Below the pieces are notes generated by a model. The model worked only from the letters and a program-made list of their open reading frames with translations. It was not told the origin of the DNA and made no database searches. 18,142 nucleotides of DNA from Candidatus Heimdallarchaeota archaeon (lineage in GTDB: Archaea > Asgardarchaeota > Wukongarchaeia > Wukongarchaeales > JBHIFL01), in assembly GCA_046761065.1 (NCBI GenBank), contig JBHIFL010000080.1, positions 1-18,142 on the forward strand, given 5' to 3'. Below, piece by piece: positions 16,696 to 18,142 of this stretch (the stretch's first letter is position 1; each line of letters opens with the position of its first letter). Made by a program: the position numbers and the translations under genes.

Positions 16696-17208
16696 TTGCT
16701 GGATATGAATCGTCTAGAAAGGACGACTTCTGAGCTAATCCATGCGATATCAAGATTAACGGCTCGAATCGGAAAAATTCAGAAAATTGACATGAATTTC
16801 GAGGGCCTAGCCATCGTTTCTTTTACAAAGGAAGAAGGTGTTGCCTCTCCCATACAAATTTGTGAGACTTTAGAACGTTCAAAGGGCGCTATTGGGGCGC
16901 TAGAATGTTTAGACAGTGTTACAGTACAGATGATCATGGAAATAGACGAAATTCCCGCTCATGTAGGTGTTGAAATCCCCTTTCCTCCTGTGGATAGTCC
17001 AACATTACTCTATGTAGATGCTCCGCAATTAGGGTTTTCAATAGCTAGTCATCGGGTGCTATTTATGCTCTATGAGGCTTTACACATGCCTCGGGCCTTG
17101 ATTCCTCCCCCAACTGAGAAGCCAGGCTCCGATGCAGTACATCTTTTAGAATGTCTTCTTCAAAAGGCAAGAACTTTTAAAGGATCAGAGATGGGTATTA
17201 AAAATTGA
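16696..17208 (+). CDS. Hypothetical protein, possibly longin/uDENN-like fold
   Basis: AGGTGG RBS upstream. 'GLAIVSFTKEEG' resembles the hhhhxFxxxxG start of uDENN/longin domains, followed by an apparent beta-beta-alpha-beta-beta-beta-alpha pattern. The CDS is likely real; the fold call is tentative. Confidence 0.55.
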   Translation: MLDMNRLERTTSELIHAISRLTARIGKIQKIDMNFEGLAIVSFTKEEGVASPIQICETLERSKGAIGALECLDSVTVQMIMEIDEIPAHVGVEIPFPPVDSPTLLYVDAPQLGFSIASHRVLFMLYEALHMPRALIPPPTEKPGSDAVHLLECLLQKARTFKGSEMGIKN

Positions 17209-17245
17209 TGTCTTCAATATCAGTAAACGACGATTAAACTGTTCG

Positions 17246-17860
17246 CTATCTAAGCCAGTGTGGAGCTAAATAGAATAAAATCGCAAAGAAATAAGGATTG
17301 AGAAAATTATCGGATATGAAAAAAGTATTGGGTTCCTCAATAAAATCTGTTGCTACCATAATTAAAGCAACAGTGAGGGCAAGCCAGAACTTGGCATAAA
17401 GCAAACATACGAGTAAAGTGACACTAAATCCTGCAGCAGCTCCCTCCAGACTCTTTTTTTTGGTAAAAGGTAGCAAATGCGAACCGTAACGAATACCGAT
17501 TAGCGCGGCTGCAGCATCTCCTAAAGCAGAAACAAAGATAGAAATGGCTGCTATCTTTAAACCATAACTCAAAAAGATAAAGTAACCAGCGAAATATGTG
17601 GCAATATAAGCAGCTATTTTCTCTCGTTCAACTTCACGTGCAAACCGATTAGCAAAAAAGGATGGCTTTTGGAGTCTCAGGGCTTCTATCACAAGAAGGA
17701 AGCCTGTTAAGAAAGCTCCTCCTATAATAAGAGCTGTTCGTGTTCGGGGCTCCTCGTGAAGGATGTTTACACTTAATGGTAAAATAAGAACTAAAAGATG
17801 AAATGATTTTCGTCTTAATTCGCTCTTGAATTGATCTTGGACTACTTCTTCCGTATTCAT
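17246..17860 (-). CDS. CTP-dependent polyprenol kinase family (dolichol/phytol/farnesol kinase-like) membrane protein
   Basis: Motifs 'RRKSFH', 'GDAAAALIG..YG', 'KKSLEG', 'SDN'; multi-TM. ATG 17860 follows a GAGG RBS (the ORF track starts at TTG 17875). Confidence 0.87.
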   Translation of the reverse strand: MNTEEVVQDQFKSELRRKSFHLLVLILPLSVNILHEEPRTRTALIIGGAFLTGFLLVIEALRLQKPSFFANRFAREVEREKIAAYIATYFAGYFIFLSYGLKIAAISIFVSALGDAAAALIGIRYGSHLLPFTKKKSLEGAAAGFSVTLLVCLLYAKFWLALTVALIMVATDFIEEPNTFFISDNFLNPYFFAILFYLAPHWLR

Positions 17861-18142
17861 TTTGTTATTCCTCAAGAATCACTTAGAAACAAGAAAGCTA
17901 TTATAAATCAGGTAATAAAAAGCACTTTCCATAAAACCAAACTCTAAGTCCTATAGATTGTTCAATTTTGTTATGAAAACGCCTTTATTTATTATTAAAA
18001 CCTTTATTATTAAAAATGGATAATTAAGCCGCTTTGAATCTATATGAATCCATTAGAAAACAGATATCTTGAGTTTTTGAAAGATATAGTTATTAATATA
18101 ATAAGTTGATTCTTCCCTTTGAAAAAAAAGAGGTGGAGTTCT

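Overview
Archaeal DNA, most likely from an Asgard archaeon. This is inferred from a two-domain gelsolin, a Rab-like GTPase with all five RabF motifs recognisable, archaeal-type GGTGA/GGAGG ribosome-binding sites and a PGF-type C-terminal sorting signal. The left half (about 0.2-9.7 kb) is a metabolic/accessory patch showing decay. It holds a divergent LarA-family protein, a Cys/Met-metabolism PLP enzyme with two insertions, an orphan PGF-CTERM fragment, a frameshifted MFS transporter, a form IV RuBisCO-like protein, a membrane zinc-ribbon protein, a small TPR protein, an ICMT/MddA/nurim-like membrane methyltransferase and an M28 peptidase with an internal TAA. The right half has a tandem-SIS (double PHI-like) protein, a zinc-ribbon protein with an Arl2/Arl3-like N-terminal helix, a 2-TM protein and a DUF151 protein on the minus strand. 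These are followed by a co-oriented plus-strand run of 2-domain gelsolin, Rab-like GTPase, helical protein, KaiC-like ATPase with a dead second domain and a possible longin/uDENN-like protein, closed by a convergent dolichol/phytol-kinase-family gene. No tRNA, rRNA, CRISPR array or transposase was recognised. All family calls come from motif recognition by eye, not from database searches.
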